Origin: Mobula hypostoma
Lineage: Eukaryota
Assembly: GCF_963921235.1 (NCBI RefSeq)
Contig: NC_086097.1
Span: 48,858,001-48,922,000, forward strand
Length of the DNA stretch: 64,000 nt
Direction of reading: 5' to 3'
Shown in pieces: positions 13,492 through 26,029 of the stretch. The notes beneath the pieces were generated by a model. That model was not told where the DNA came from, did no database searches, and saw only the letters and a program-made list of their open reading frames with translations. The translations under genes were made by a program, and so were the position numbers. How positions within the stretch are numbered: position 1 is the stretch's first letter; every line of letters starts with the position of its first letter.

Positions 13492-14373
13492 AGTTTCAAA
13501 CTCAAAGTTTCAAACTTTCAAAATATATTCATTATCAAAGAATGTATAAGTTATCCAATCTTGAGATTTGTTTGCCTACAGGCATCCACAAAGCAAGAAA
13601 CCCAAAAGAACCCAATTTTTAAAAAATAATAATAAAATAAAGACCAACACCCAATGTTCAGAGAAAGGGGATAAAACAACAAAGCACAAAAACAACAGAA
13701 ATGAGCAACAACATTCTGAACCAAAATGGATCCTCAGATCCAAACCCTGGAGCAGCCCCGAAACAGGCTCAAAGCCTCAGTATCAGTTCATCTTATTAGC
13801 GGGCATGGAGCATAGCAGCCGGGGCAGTATTCATAGCCTCAGCACCATGGAGTGAGGAATGAACATCACGGGAGCATGAGCAAAATTGGCTCTTGCCTCT
13901 GTTCCAGACACCCTGTCTTTCCAGTATATCTGGACCAGCGTTTAAATTGTCCAAACAGTGTATTGTACCTAGAATCTGGGCACCGCTGCAGGTTCTGGGC
14001 CTAAGCCACATCGCCCAGTGACTCGCCCTAGGCCCAGATTTCGCTGCCCAGCCTGAAGCTGTTTTTGATTTCTCCAAACTGGCTTGGAGCTCAGAGTGAC
14101 CCCAGTGGTACGGGCATCGAAACTCCTCTGCCTCGATTTTTCTCCGAATGGCTCACTCCGTCTGTGTCGATTTTGCAAGGTACAAGCATGGTTCTTCCCT
14201 TGAATTCACTTCACCTTCGCCCGCCTCTTCATTGTTTGTGGTAATAATTTACCACAATTTACTTCACAAAAGGTGTTATTAGGAATGATTTTAGTCAAAT
14301 TTCTTGCCTTTTGAACTACCAGTGAGCTGCCGCACACGTTTGGTAGCACTGTTTTAAACTGGAAGTTTAAGAT
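13492..14373 (-). mobile_element. Non-autonomous retroposon with TTTGAA-type tail, inserted in the Buster transposase
   Basis: On the minus strand it starts ACTTCCAGTTTAAAA and ends in a TTTGAAA/TTTGAG repeat tail. The flanks rejoin the Buster frame (..ATTCAGCC|TGATGTTGAG). Confidence 0.65.
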
Positions 14374-14969
14374 GGCTGAATGTTACTCAGAAGGAGTCTC
14401 AGGTCCCCATGATCGGAAATTTGCAGTCTACTTTGAAAGAATTTGAGTGACTGTGCTGAAACTGCACTCCACTAAATATGATGTTGGAAAGGCAATAACG
14501 AACATCTTGACCTTTTTCCACAGTGCAGGATGGCATTCAGAGATTTCTTTCTGCAACCAAAAGCCTTTGCATGATTTTTTTGAACCTTGGCTTTAGCTCA
14601 AAGGCATTTTATAGCAAGATCAGTTCTTCCTTCATCCTTCCTATTAAGTCTTCATTACAGGTGGTCAGAAGTGGATTTATTACCCAATTTGGAATTTGGA
14701 TCAAGATAAGATTCTCTCTGACATATCTTTATGCAGCTCACCCACGTGAGCAGAGTGTACTTAAAGATAATCATCTGATATTCTTTCTTTCTTTTCCAAC
14801 TCAGAGAGGTTTGGAAGCTGGAAAAGATTATGAAGGCCAACATTGCACTTAAATAGGGTTGGCTTGGACAGAAATGTGGAGATGACCGATTTGACTTTAA
14901 TAAACTGGACAACAACATTTTTTGAAAGTGTTGCTTCGTCGGAATTTTTTTTGTTTATGATAGACTGCT

Positions 14970-16458
14970 TAAGTTTAAAGCCTGGGAGTATCAGCATGGC
15001 ATTCTTCCCAGAATCCTGTGGCCCCTCCTCGTCTATGCAGTTCGGATCTCAACAGTCGAAACCTCAGAGAGGAGGGTTAGCAACCACCTCAGGAGATGGC
15101 TGGGGCTGCCAAAGAGCCTGAGCAGCATCGCACTCTATGGACACCACAACAAACTGCAACTGCCCTTCAAATCCTTGGAGGAAGAATTCAAGGTAACAAG
15201 AGCCAGAGAAGTGTACAGTATAGGGACTCAAGTGATCCGAAGGTGGCTAGAGCAGGGATCCAAGTTAGTACTGGCAGGAAGTGGAGGGCAGAGGAAGCTG
15301 TTCAGGAGGCAGAGGCGAGGCTGCGTCACAAGAGGCTGGTGGGAGTGGTCACACGAGGCCAAGCTGGGCTAGGATCCTTTCCAACTCCCCAAATGGACAC
15401 CAGAGGGAAGGAAAGGCGTCGTCTAGTTCAGGAGGAGGTGACAGCAGTAGTGGAGGAGATGGGAGCCTGCAAGGCAGTGGGAATGAAGCAACAGGAAGCT
15501 TGGACAAGATGGGAAAATGCCGTTGAGAGGAAAGTGACCTGGGCTGATCTTTGGAAAGCCGATCCACACCGCATCCAATTTCTCATCCAGGCAGTGTACG
15601 ATGTGCTTCCAAGCCCATCAAACCTGCACACATGGGGCAAGGCAGAGTCACCTGCGTGCCCACTGTGTTCCAAGCGAGGAACCCTGGCGCACATCCTCAG
15701 CGGCTGTGCAAGGGCACTTGGTGAGGGACGGTACAGGTGGAGGCATGATCAGGTCCTGAAGACCATCGCTGAAGCCGTCAGCACAGGAGTTGAGTGGGCG
15801 AAGCGGTCCCGACCCTCCAAGCAGACCATTGCCTTTGTCAGAGCTGGGGAGCAGCCAATACCTGCCAAAAGAACATCTGCAGGCATTCTGACCTCTGCAA
15901 GGGACTGGCAGCTGTTGGTGGACCTTGAAGGGCAGCTGAAGTTCCCCAACCATATCGCAGCCACCACCCTGCAACCAGACATTGTCCTAGTGTCTGAGTC
16001 GACTAAGCAAGTGGTGCTGCTGGAGCTGACAGTCCCATGGGAAGATAGCTTGGAAGAGGCCTTTGAAAGGAAGCTCTCCAAGTACGCAGGACTGGTCAGC
16101 AACTGTCAGCAGGCGGATGGAGAGCGAGGTGTCTCCCAGTGGAGGTTGGTTGTAGGAGATTCGTAGCCCGTTCTTTAGTTAGAGCATTCAGCATTTTGGG
16201 CATCGAGGGAGAGAGCAAGAGGAGAGCCATCCGCAGTACCACCGATGCGGCAGAGAGGGCCTCAAGATGGCTGTGGCTCAAAAGAGGGGAGCCATGGAGT
16301 CATAAGTAGCTCGCCATCTGGACACAAGCTGGGGTCTGATCAGCCCTGGCTGGGTCACCTGGAGGAGGGTGTATGATGTTGAAAGACCCAAAACACCCGA
16401 TGATTCCAGGAACATCACTGAAGATGTGTCCAGAAGCATCAAATAGATGTATGTACAC
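14970..16458 (+). mobile_element. Hero/R2-like non-LTR retrotransposon 3' part with CCHC knuckle and restriction-like endonuclease
   Basis: ORF 15096-16166 has GRKWRAEEAVQEAE, CPLCSKRGTLAHILSGC, RHDQVL, PDIV...ELTVPWE...ERKLSKY. 5'-truncated with frameshifts. Confidence 0.88.
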
Positions 16459-16551
16459 AGAGCTGAACAAAATTATAATTTTAGACTACTTGTATCACGT
16501 AGCAATTTGGAGAAAAAATAAATAACTTTTATTGAATATAATATTTGATTG

Positions 16552-17246
16552 TGTAAGGGGGTTTCGATTTTTATGTTACTGCGGAGGCTAATTAAAATGG
16601 CGTCTTTGTTATGTTAATCTGGGGAATGCAGCTTTGTTGTGTTAAACGCTGAGAAACTTTGCGCTAGCAGCGTGTTGTGGTTTAGAGGGTGATAAGAAAT
16701 ACGTTATTAACCAATTGGGATAGTTGTTATGGTTTTGGTGTATTTGAAGATACTGTATGCGCGGGGTTTTGGGGCAGAAGGCGGGAGAGCGAGACAGAGG
16801 ATGGACGGGGTGCTGTGAGTCCGCTAATGGGGTTGGACCCCGAGCGGGACGTTCAGCGAGGAGATGGAGACGGACTCGTGTGGAGCGTCTGGTTGACCAC
16901 CGCTGTGGGTCCCAGGCGGCCGGTCGAGGTGGTCCGAGGGGGTCGCAGGGTGAAGAAGAAGGTCCTTGAGCTCCAACGGTTTTTGTGCACGAAGAGATTG
17001 AACTTTGATAAGTGTGGCACCTTTTATTTTCCTTTTATATTTTATTCTCTTTTAATTATATAGTTCCAGTAATATCTATAAACTGTAAATCATTTAATTG
17101 CATCTGGTGTATTGTCTGTTATTTGGGCGGGGTGGGGTACCTCACACAGCATCCACACAAACGAATTATCCAGTTTGGTGGGGCCGAGGCTGTTTCCCTA
17201 GACGACAGCAAGCCGAGTGACCCTAAGGGACGCCAGGGGGGCTACA
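16552..17246 (+). mobile_element. Solo LTR (Gypsy/ERV type), 695 bp
   Basis: TGTA...TACA termini and a 4-bp TSD ATTG (16548-16551, 17247-17250). Homologous to 33556-34109. Confidence 0.85.
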
Positions 17247-17879
17247 ATTGCATATTGGTGCAGACACTTAGCAATAGTTCTACTAAGCTAAAAATGTTCC
17301 GATGATTTTCATTTTTACTCAGTGTCAGGCTTCTTGCTTCAGTGTCCAACAATAATCAAGCCAACATTGATGAATTCCAGTTGCCCTGATACCATTTCTC
17401 CATGAGCGCAATGTCCTGGTGAAACCTTCTACCATGCTCGTCACTGACAGCGCCAAGATTTGCAGGGATGAAGATTAAATGAGAATGCAGAAAATGAGTC
17501 TTTAGTGACATGTTGCACTTCATGGTTTTGTATGCTTGGAGCATGTTGTCAACCAGCTGCATGTAGTTTGGTGCACTGTAGCCGCCAAGAAAATTTTCAA
17601 CAACATCCTTGAGTGCCTTTTATGTGACTCTCTCCATTCCCACGAGAAGTTCTTTGAATTGCCAGTCATTGATGACCTCTTTGATTTGTGGGCCAACAAA
17701 AATGCCTTCCTTAATCTAGACATCACTTATTCTGACGTGAATTATGAATTGAAATAATAAATACTGGTGATTTCAAAACAAATGTGAGATGGAAATTTCA
17801 TGCTGATTTTCATGATCAGCAGTCCAAAATCCACAAGGTACCCCCAAAAGAGTTCAGAAAGCAAAATCTTTGTTTTTCA

Positions 17880-18008
17880 GGTCCTGATGAAGAGTCTCAG
17901 CCTGAAGCTCGATTATCTACTCTTTTCCATAGACGCTGCCTGAGTTCCACCAGCATTTTCTATGTGTTGCTTTGGATTTCCAGCATCTACAGATTTTCTC
18001 ATGTTTGT
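17880..18008 (+). mobile_element. Short Penelope pLTR fragment with a degenerate hammerhead
   Basis: GTCCTGATGAAGAGTCTCAGCCTGAAGC...CCATAGACGCTGCC...TTTCCAGCATCTACAGA matches the pLTR of the 28262-29371 element. Confidence 0.75.
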
Positions 18009-18832
18009 GATTTCCCTCTCTCTCTTTCTGTTTTGTTGGAGGGGGGTGCCTTTCAGTCCTTGAGTCAGGGGGCTTGGTGAAGCGATGCGGAAGATTGTAA
18101 CATCGGAACAGAGAGCTGCTGGTCTCCACTCTCATTGTCGCAGAAGCACTCCCTCTCACCCTCACTGGTGAGAGAGATCCAGTCTGAGATGCTAAAGCAC
18201 TGAGTTATGGACTCCAGGTCAAGGTCTCAGCATGATATTTGCATGGTAAAGGGGTGGGGTGCTTCTGTTGGTGCAAGTGAGGAGAGGGGGAGGGGAGGGT
18301 CAATGCGTCTGCTGCTGCTTGTGCATGGGAGGTGGGCTTCGGGTTCTGAAGTTACTATCATTCATTATAGAGTCATGGAGAACTACACCACAGAAACAGG
18401 CCCTTCAGCCCATCTTGTCCATGCTGAAACCATTTAAACTGCCTATTCCCAATGACCTGCACTGGGACCATTGCCCCCCCACCCATAACATTACTATGCA
18501 TTGTACCTATCCAAGCTTCCCTTAAACATTGAAATCGAGCTTGCACAGACCAATTGTGTTAGTAGCTCATTCCACACTCTCACAACCCCCTGAGTGAGAA
18601 AGTTTCCCCTCATGTTCTCTTTAAACTTTCACCCACAAGCCATGACGTCCGGTTGTACTCCCACCCAACCTCAGCGGAAAAAGCCTGCTTGCATTTATCT
18701 TATCCATATCCCTCATAATTTTGTATACCTCTATCAAATCTTCTCTCAATCTTCTACGTTCTAAAGAATACAGTCCTGACCTATTCAATCTTTCCTTATA
18801 ATTCAGATCCTCCACACCCGGCATCATCCTTG

Positions 18833-19492
18833 TGAAACACCCTGGTTTCCTTTGCTGCATAAGTCTAGAGAAGACAAGCTCCAGCCCCGCCAGAATTGTG
18901 AGATTGAGGTGTGCTCGATCCCAGCCCAAACGCCGGTTTGTGTGGATGCTGTGTAATTTGCTACCCTGTTACAAACTAATGCCACGAAATAACACACAGT
19001 ACACTGTATGCGATTAAAGAAATTATATTTATGAACCTAAACTGAAGGGTTAGTAAAGAATAACAAAAAGAAAAGGGCCCATTTTAATTAAACAGTCAAA
19101 CATGCACACGTTGGAGATCATCTTCAACTTCTTTGTCACTCATGCGCTGGGCCCTCAGTTAACGTGAAAGTGCACACCACCTTCCGGATGTTGCTCGCCA
19201 TCCTCCTCGAACAAACGGTCTCCTACTGGATCATATGCTATGACCGGTTCTCCCCCAATGTCTTCTCCTTTGATCTCCTCTCAATCGAAAGCCCCAAGTC
19301 CAACCATAGCATCTCTCACCAGAGGAACCTCCCCTTATTTCGACCATCCTAATTGGATAGCATACATTTTTCCTCACTCTTGTATTCAACTGTAACCCAA
19401 ACAAGCATGAAGACAGAACAGATGGCTCTTACAGAACTGCCCAAATGAAATACATACAGCATAACAGTAAAAATATGAACCAGGCCATTACA
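18833..19492. mobile_element. Solo LTR, 660 bp
   Basis: TG...TTACA termini and a 4-bp TSD CTTG (18829-18832, 19493-19496). The CR1 host sequence is continuous across it. Confidence 0.8.
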
Positions 19493-19612
19493 CTTGTAAA
19501 TTTTCTTTGCATTCTTCCAAATTTGTTTACATCTTTCCTGTAGATAGATGACCAAAGCTGCACACAATACTACAAACTAAGCCTTACCAACATCTTATAC
19601 AACTTCAGTATA

Positions 19613-21328
19613 ACCATAAGACCATAAGATATAGAAGCAGGATTAGGCCATTTGGCCAATTGAGTCTGCTCCACATTTCATCATGATTGATCCAATTTTT
19701 CTCTCAGTCCCAATCTCCTGCCTTCTCCCTGCATCACCTTCATGCACTGAACAACCAAAAATCTATCAAACTCTGCCTTGAATATACATGAAGACTTGGC
19801 CTTCACAGCTGCCTGTGGCAAAGGATTCCATAGATTCACCACTCTCTGGCTAAAGAAATTCTTCCTCATCACCATTCTAAAAAGACACGCCTCTATTCTG
19901 AGGCTACATCCTCTGGTCGTAGACACTCCCACCATAGGAAACATCCTCTCCATATCCACTCTATCAAGGCCTTTCACCATTCCATAGGTTTCAATGCAAT
20001 CATCCCTCATTCTCCTGAAATCTGATGAATACAGGCCCAGAGAAAGCAAACGCACTTCATATGACAAGCCATTCAATCATGCAATCATTTTTTGTGAACC
20101 TCCTTCGGACCCTCTCCAGTTTCAGCACATCCTTTCTAAGGGGCCCAAAACTGATCACAATCCTCCAAATCAGGCCTCACCAGTACTTTATAAAGTATTA
20201 ATGTTACATCCTTGCTTTTATATTCTAGTGCTCTTGAAATGATTGCTAACATTGCATTTGCCTTCCTCACCACAGGCTCAACCTGAAAATTAACCTTCAT
20301 AGAATCCTGCACAAGGACTCCCAAGTCCCTTTGCGCCTCAGTTTTTTGTATTTTCTCTCCATTTAGAAAATAGTTAACCCTTTCATTTCTTCTACCAAAG
20401 TGCATGATCATACATTTCCCAACACTGTATTCTATCTGCCATTTCTTGGCCCATTCTCCTAATCTGTCTAAATCCTTTTGTCGCCGCTATACTTCCTCAA
20501 GACTACCTGTCTCTCCAGATATCTTCATATCGTCTGCAAACTTTGCAACCACACCACCAATTCCATCATCCAAATCATTGACATATAATGTAAAAAGAAT
20601 TGGTCACAACATAGGCCCCTGTGGAAATCAACTAGTCATCGTCAGCCAACCAGAAAAGGCTCCTTTTATTCCCACTCTTTGCCTCCTGCCAATCAGTCAC
20701 TGCTTTATCCATGCTAAAACATTTCCTGTTATGTCATGGGCTCGTAGCTTGTTAAGCAACCTCATGTGTGGTACCTTGTCAAAGGCCTTCTAAAAATCCA
20801 AATACACACCTTCAACTGATTCTCCTTTGTCTATCCTGCTTGTTGTTTCTTCAAAGAATTCCAGCAGATTTGTCAGGTAAGATTTTCCCTTGAAGAAACC
20901 ATGCTGACTAGGCCTATCATGTGCCTCCAAGTATCCTGAAACCACATCATTTAGAATCAACTCCAACATCTTCTCTACAACTGAGGTCAGACTAACTGGC
21001 CTCTAGTTTCCTTTCTTCTGCCTCTCTCCCTTCTTTAAGAGTAAAGTCACAATTTTCTAGTCCTCTGTAACCATTCCAGAATCTAGTGTTTCTTGAAAGA
21101 TCATTAGTAATCTCTTCAGCTACCTCTTTCAGAACCCTAGAATGTACACCATCTGGTTCAGGTGAATTATCTACCCTCAGATCTTTCAGTTTTCCAAGAA
21201 TCTTCTCTCTAGTTATGGTAACTTCATGCATGTCATGACTTGTGACACCTGGAACTTCCACCATACTGGAAGACACAGAGAAGACCAATGCAAAATACTT
21301 GTTCATTCATCCACTATTTCCTTGTCCA
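19613..21328 (-). mobile_element. CR1 LINE, 5'-truncated, nested in another CR1
   Basis: Tail (ACCATAAG)2. ORFs 19681-20076, 20136-20411 and 20992-21306 carry CR1 ORF2 motifs. Confidence 0.88.
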
Positions 21329-24300
21329 GATATAAATGACTAACAACAAAGGAGCCAGCCCCAATTCCTGCGGCATACTACTAGCCCCAGGCCTCCAGTC
21401 AGAGATGCAACCCCCTACAACCTGGCTTTTCCCACAAAACCAAATTTATGTCTAATCAAATTTACTGCCACATCCTGAATGTCAAGCAAATAAACCTTCT
21501 TGACCGGCCTCCAATGTGGGACCTTGTGAAATGCCTTACTAAAGTCTATGTAGACAACATCCACTGTCTTGCCTTTATCCACTTTCCAGGTAATTTGCTC
21601 AAAAAAATTCTTTAAGATTGGTTAGAGGTGACCCACCACACACAAAGCCATGCTGACTATCCTTAATCAGTCCATGTCTATCTAAATATATATCTGGTCC
21701 CTTAGAATACCTTCCAATAACTTTCCCACAACTGACGTCAGGCTCACTAGCCTATGACTTCCTGGTTTCTGTTCGGAGCCTTTTTAAACCAGCAGAACAA
21801 CATTGGCTATCCTCCATTCCTCTGGTACCTCTCCTGTCACTGAGGTTGTTTTAAGTATCTCTGCTAGGGCAATTTCTGAGCTTGCTTCCTGTAGAGACTG
21901 AGGGAATATCTTTTCAGGCTTTGGAGATTTATCCACCCTGATTTGCCCAGGGTAGCAAAATCTCCTCCTTCGAGATCTGCACAGGGTCCATGAAGGTGAT
22001 GCCACTCTGCCTCACTTCTATAGACACTGTGTCTGTCTCCTGAGTAAATACTGATGCAAAGAGCACATTTACTATTTCTCATCTGTTTTGGCTCCACACA
22101 TGGATTACAATTCTGGTCTTCCAGAGCAACAGTTTTGTCCCCAGCAACCCCTTTGCTCTTAACGTACCTGTAGAATCCCTTAGGATTCTCCTTCACCTTG
22201 TCCGCTAGAGCAACTTTATGCCTTCTTTTAGCCTTCCTGATTTCTTTCTTAAGTATTCTCTTGCATTTCTTGTACACCAATAAGCACCTCATTTGTTCCT
22301 ACTTGCCTATACCTGCTATGCATCTCCTTTTTTCTCTTAACCAAGGCCTCAATATCTCCTGAAAACTAAGGTTCCTTACACTTGTTATCTTTAACTTTTA
22401 TTCTGGCAGATACATACAAGCCTTTGCACTCTCAAAATTTCATTTTTGAAGGCCTCCCACTTTCCAAGTACACATTTACCAGAAGCAGCCTTTCCCATCC
22501 ACACTTGTCTGTTCATTTCTGATACCTTCAAAATTGGCCTTCCTCCGTTTAGAATCTCAACCTCCAGACCTATCTATTTGCATATTTACTTTGAAACTAA
22601 TGGCATTGTGGTCAGTGGATGCAAAGTGTTCCCTTACGCAAATGTCTGTCACCTGCTCTGTCTCATTCCCTAACGGTAGATCAAGTATTGCATGCCCTCT
22701 TGTTGGGATTTCTATGTACTGATGAAAGAAACTTTCTTGAACACATTTAACAAACTCTATCCCATCTACTCCTTTTATAGTTTGGGATTACCAGGCAATA
22801 TGTGGAAAGTTAAAATCACCTACTGTAACAACCTTATGTTTCTTGCAACAGTCTGCGATCGCTTTACAAATTTCTTCCTCTGAATCCCCACAACAGTTGG
22901 GTGGTCTGTAATATAGCTCCATTAATGCGGTTGTACCTTTCTTATTTCTCAATTCCACCCATAACGCCTCACTAGTTGAGTTCTCCAGTCTGTCCTGATG
23001 GAGAACTGTGTGTCATTTTCCCTGTCTAGTAATGTCACCCCTTCACCCTTAATCTCTCCCACTCTGTCATATCAGAAACAACAGAACCCTGTAATATTGA
23101 TCTGCCAGTCCTGCATCTGCTGCGACCAAGTCTCAGTACTGGCTACAATATCATAACTCCAGGTGTCGGTCCATGCCCTGAGCTCACCCGTCTTTCCTCT
23201 GATACTTCTTACATTAAAATATATGCAGCTCAGGACACTAGTCTCACCATTCTCAAACTTCTGATTCCTGACTTTGTCAGTGGTGTTACCAACATCTGCC
23301 TCCACAACCTCTCCACTAACTGTTCTGGTACTTTGGCTCCCAACCCCCTGCAACTCTAATTTAAACCCCACCATGAAGTACTAGCAAACGTTCACACCAG
23401 TATTTTAGTCCCCCTCCAATTCAGGTGCAAGTTGTCCCTTCTGTGCAGGTCTCACCTTCCCTGGAAGAGAAACTAATGATCTGAAGACCTTATGCCCTCC
23501 CTCCTACATCAACTCCTTAGCCAAGTATTAAACTGTATAATCTTCCTAGTTCTAGCTCCACTAGCACACAGCATAGGTAGTAACCCTGAGATCACAGCCC
23601 TGGAGTCCTGCCCTTTAACTTAGCAGCTAACTCCCTGAAGTCCCCATGTAGAAGTTCATCGCTTGTCCTACCCATGTCCTTGGTACCTACATGGATCATG
23701 ACCTTTGGCTGTCCCACTTAAGAAAGCTGAGGATTCGATGCAAGATTTCCTGGGCCCTGACACCCAGGGGCAACATACCATGTGGGAATCTCGTTCTCAC
23801 CCAGAGAACCTCCAGTCAGTTCCCCTAACTAACTATCACCACAGTGTGCCTCTTCTTCCCTCTTCCCTCTTCCCTTCTGAATCACAGAGCCAGACTCAGT
23901 ATCAGGGACCCAACCACTATGACTTTCCTCTGTTAGGTCAACCACCCCCCCAATACTATCCAAAGTGATATTCCATTGTTGAGGGGGATGGCCACAGCAA
24001 TACTCTGAATTGACTGTTTAACCAATAAGCCCTTCCTGACTGTCACACTGTTTCCTGTGTCCTAACCTTGGGTGTAACTACCTTTCTACTGAGGTTTCTT
24101 TGGGGTTTCTTGTTTCGTGGATGTCTGTAAAAAGTAAGAATTTCAAGTTATATACTGCATACATTCTGTAATATAAACTGATAGATTTGAACTATTTGAT
24201 AACAGTATTTTATGATTTGTGCAGCCAATCAGTTAGGATTTTTGTGACAAGGTGTTGTCCAGGAATTATACAGTGAACGGTGAATATGTTAGGTACAGTT

Positions 24301-25459
24301 TTTTGTCAAGAAACTAATAACCACACAGTGACATCTTGTCATTGCTAGTGTCCCACCTATTGCACAAGCAAGAATACTGGTGAAAGGAATGTCCTTCTCT
24401 TTGAAAAATTGCTGAGCAATCCAGAATACTGACTGCCCCTTCGTACCTGTTTCTAGTCCCCTTGTAAATAGCACCTCATGAACCATGTTTTCATTTTTAT
24501 GAAGCAAACATAATCAAGAAGCAAAGATGTGTTGCCTGGAAAAGTTGAGTCATCCAACTGCAGAGAAAATTCTGCTGTCCTATGTTTGTTGTGCAATGTA
24601 TCTTCCACATTCTTAGACGTTTCATGTATTCATCTTTGAACAGAGTTGCAACTGAGTGGAATCACTTTAATTATTTAGTCTGTTGAATTATGCAAAATCA
24701 TACACAGAACCTCGCTCACTGCTGATAGAATCAGTTCTTCTCCAATTGTATAGTGCTCTCCAGATTTAACAATGAGCAACGAAATGTTGTCTGAAGCACA
24801 TAAGCCGTTACTCTTTTGCTGTGAAGTGCTGGCAATCATGTTTTGAAGTGTTTTCCATTTCTGAAAATTTTCATGAAGTAACTGAAAATAAGTCAAGTTC
24901 TTGTTTGTTTTATCACATTGGATTCTCTTCAAAAGTTAACTGAACCTTCAAATGTGCTCAAGACCATTCAAGAGGGCAGATTCTGAACTTTACCCCATTA
25001 AATGCTGTTCCCAAATTCACAGGAATTGTGTCACTGCATAATTAGAGTATGGGAATCATACTAGTTAACACTGTACTACAGTAGTGAATGGCAATAACAT
25101 GACTTCTTCAATCCAGATTTCTCACGATATGACAAATACAGAAGTGTCACATTACAGTTCAACAATTATAATGCACTTTGAGCAAAGTCAAATGGGTTAG
25201 CAAGAGACAAGGTGATTACGTAAACATCATAATCAATTATGAGGTACTGAGAATCAAATGCTTACAATAAGTAATTAATTTCTTAAGTTAAGCCTGTAAT
25301 CCCTCAGTTGCATGGAGCACCACTCACATTTCCCTTTATCTTTATCGCCCCCTTAGAAACTTCCTCAGTGGGTTAAATTGATCGTAGAGTAAGTTAAAAG
25401 GTCGGCACAACTTTATGGGCTAAGGTTTTGTACCGTGTTGTGTCATTTTATGTCCTATT

Positions 25460-25880
25460 TCCCAGATGGTGAGGGTCTTTAATGCTGCCGTCCTGAGTTG
25501 TCCTCAAAAGTGGGGAAGGTTGTCCCATAATTGAGTTGACTGAATCTCCAACTCACTATAGCATCTTGTGATCCTGTGCATTGGCGCCTGCATACCACAG
25601 TCAGAATGCTCTCCACCTTGGATCTATGGAAATTTACAAGAGTCTTTGGTAACACACCAAATCTCCTTCAATTGCTAATGAGGTAGAACTGTCGGTGAGT
25701 CTTCTTCGTGATTGCATCAATGTGTTGGGCCCAGGTCAAATCTTTGGAGATGCTAGCACAAGAGCTTAAAGCTTCTTACACTGTCTACCACTGACACCTC
25801 ACTGAGAGTCAGTGTGGGTTCTCCCAATTTTCCCTTCCTGAAGTCTGCAAGCAATTCCTTCGTCATGAAGACAATGAGTT
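25460..25880 (-). mobile_element. Rex1-like LINE fragment
   Basis: Homologous by eye to 6300-6730 (cagtcagaatgctctccac..., gggcccagg...ggagatg). Confidence 0.6.
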
Positions 25881-26029
25881 CCTTCAACGTTTTACACTAC
25901 AGTGTAAACCTGCATTCTGCAGTCTGGGTAACAGTAATTCACTGTAATGGCTTTCACAAACTACTACTAATTTTAAAAAAAATTCTCTTACAGGACTTAT
26001 GTGAAAATAAATAATTAAGTAAAAAATGG

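Larger units (their letters stand above)
14903..17879 (-). mobile_element. Chapaev3-like (CMC superfamily) DNA transposon remnant, split by a Hero LINE and a solo LTR
   Basis: ORF 17356-17562 NMSLKTHFLHSHLIFIPANLGAVSDEHGRRFHQDIALMEKWYQGNWNSSMLA is followed by DYCWTL. Terminus-like (C/A)ACTGGACAACAA at 14903. The superfamily call is from memory of the motif. Confidence 0.6.
18366..24090 (-). mobile_element. Long decayed CR1 (ORF1 esterase remnant plus ORF2), interrupted by a solo LTR and a second CR1
   Basis: 3' end at 18366-18832 (LYSLERRRLREDLIEVYKIM) resumes at 19493-19612 and 21330-24090. The last piece has YFNVRSIRGKTGELRAW (APE start) and ORF1-like sequence at ~23400-23800. Confidence 0.8.
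18010..24200 (+). mobile_element. Non-autonomous retroposon split by a CR1 (pieces 18010-18365 and 24097-24200)
   Basis: ...tatcattcatt | ctttggggtttcttgtttcgtggatgtctgt...tttgaactatttga reads as one element with a TTTGAA-type tail. Confidence 0.5.
13193..25370 (-). mobile_element. hAT/Buster-type DNA transposon, fragmented by ~10 kb of nested insertions
   Basis: Left TIR CAGTGGTTCCCAAACT. Transposase pieces are colinear on the minus strand: 24932-24675 (NISLLIVKSGEHYTIGEELIL), 24507-24200 (ETGTKGQSVF...FFKEKDIP), 14902-14374 (KVKSVISTFLSK...IAFPTSYLVE), 13491-13440 (DVEKLIS...HSSH). 8-bp TSD-like GGTTTGAT / GGTTAAAT. The right TIR is degraded. Confidence 0.8.
11255..25460 (+). mobile_element. 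Single CR1 3'-end fragment split into three pieces (11255-11320, 13033-13192, 25371-25460)
   Basis: The pieces join into a continuous CR1 3' end: ...aattttaa..aaggtga | tcggaggaaag...ggagggaagggtttgat | ggttaaattgatcgtagagt...aaggtcggcacaac...tatgtcctat. Confidence 0.75.
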
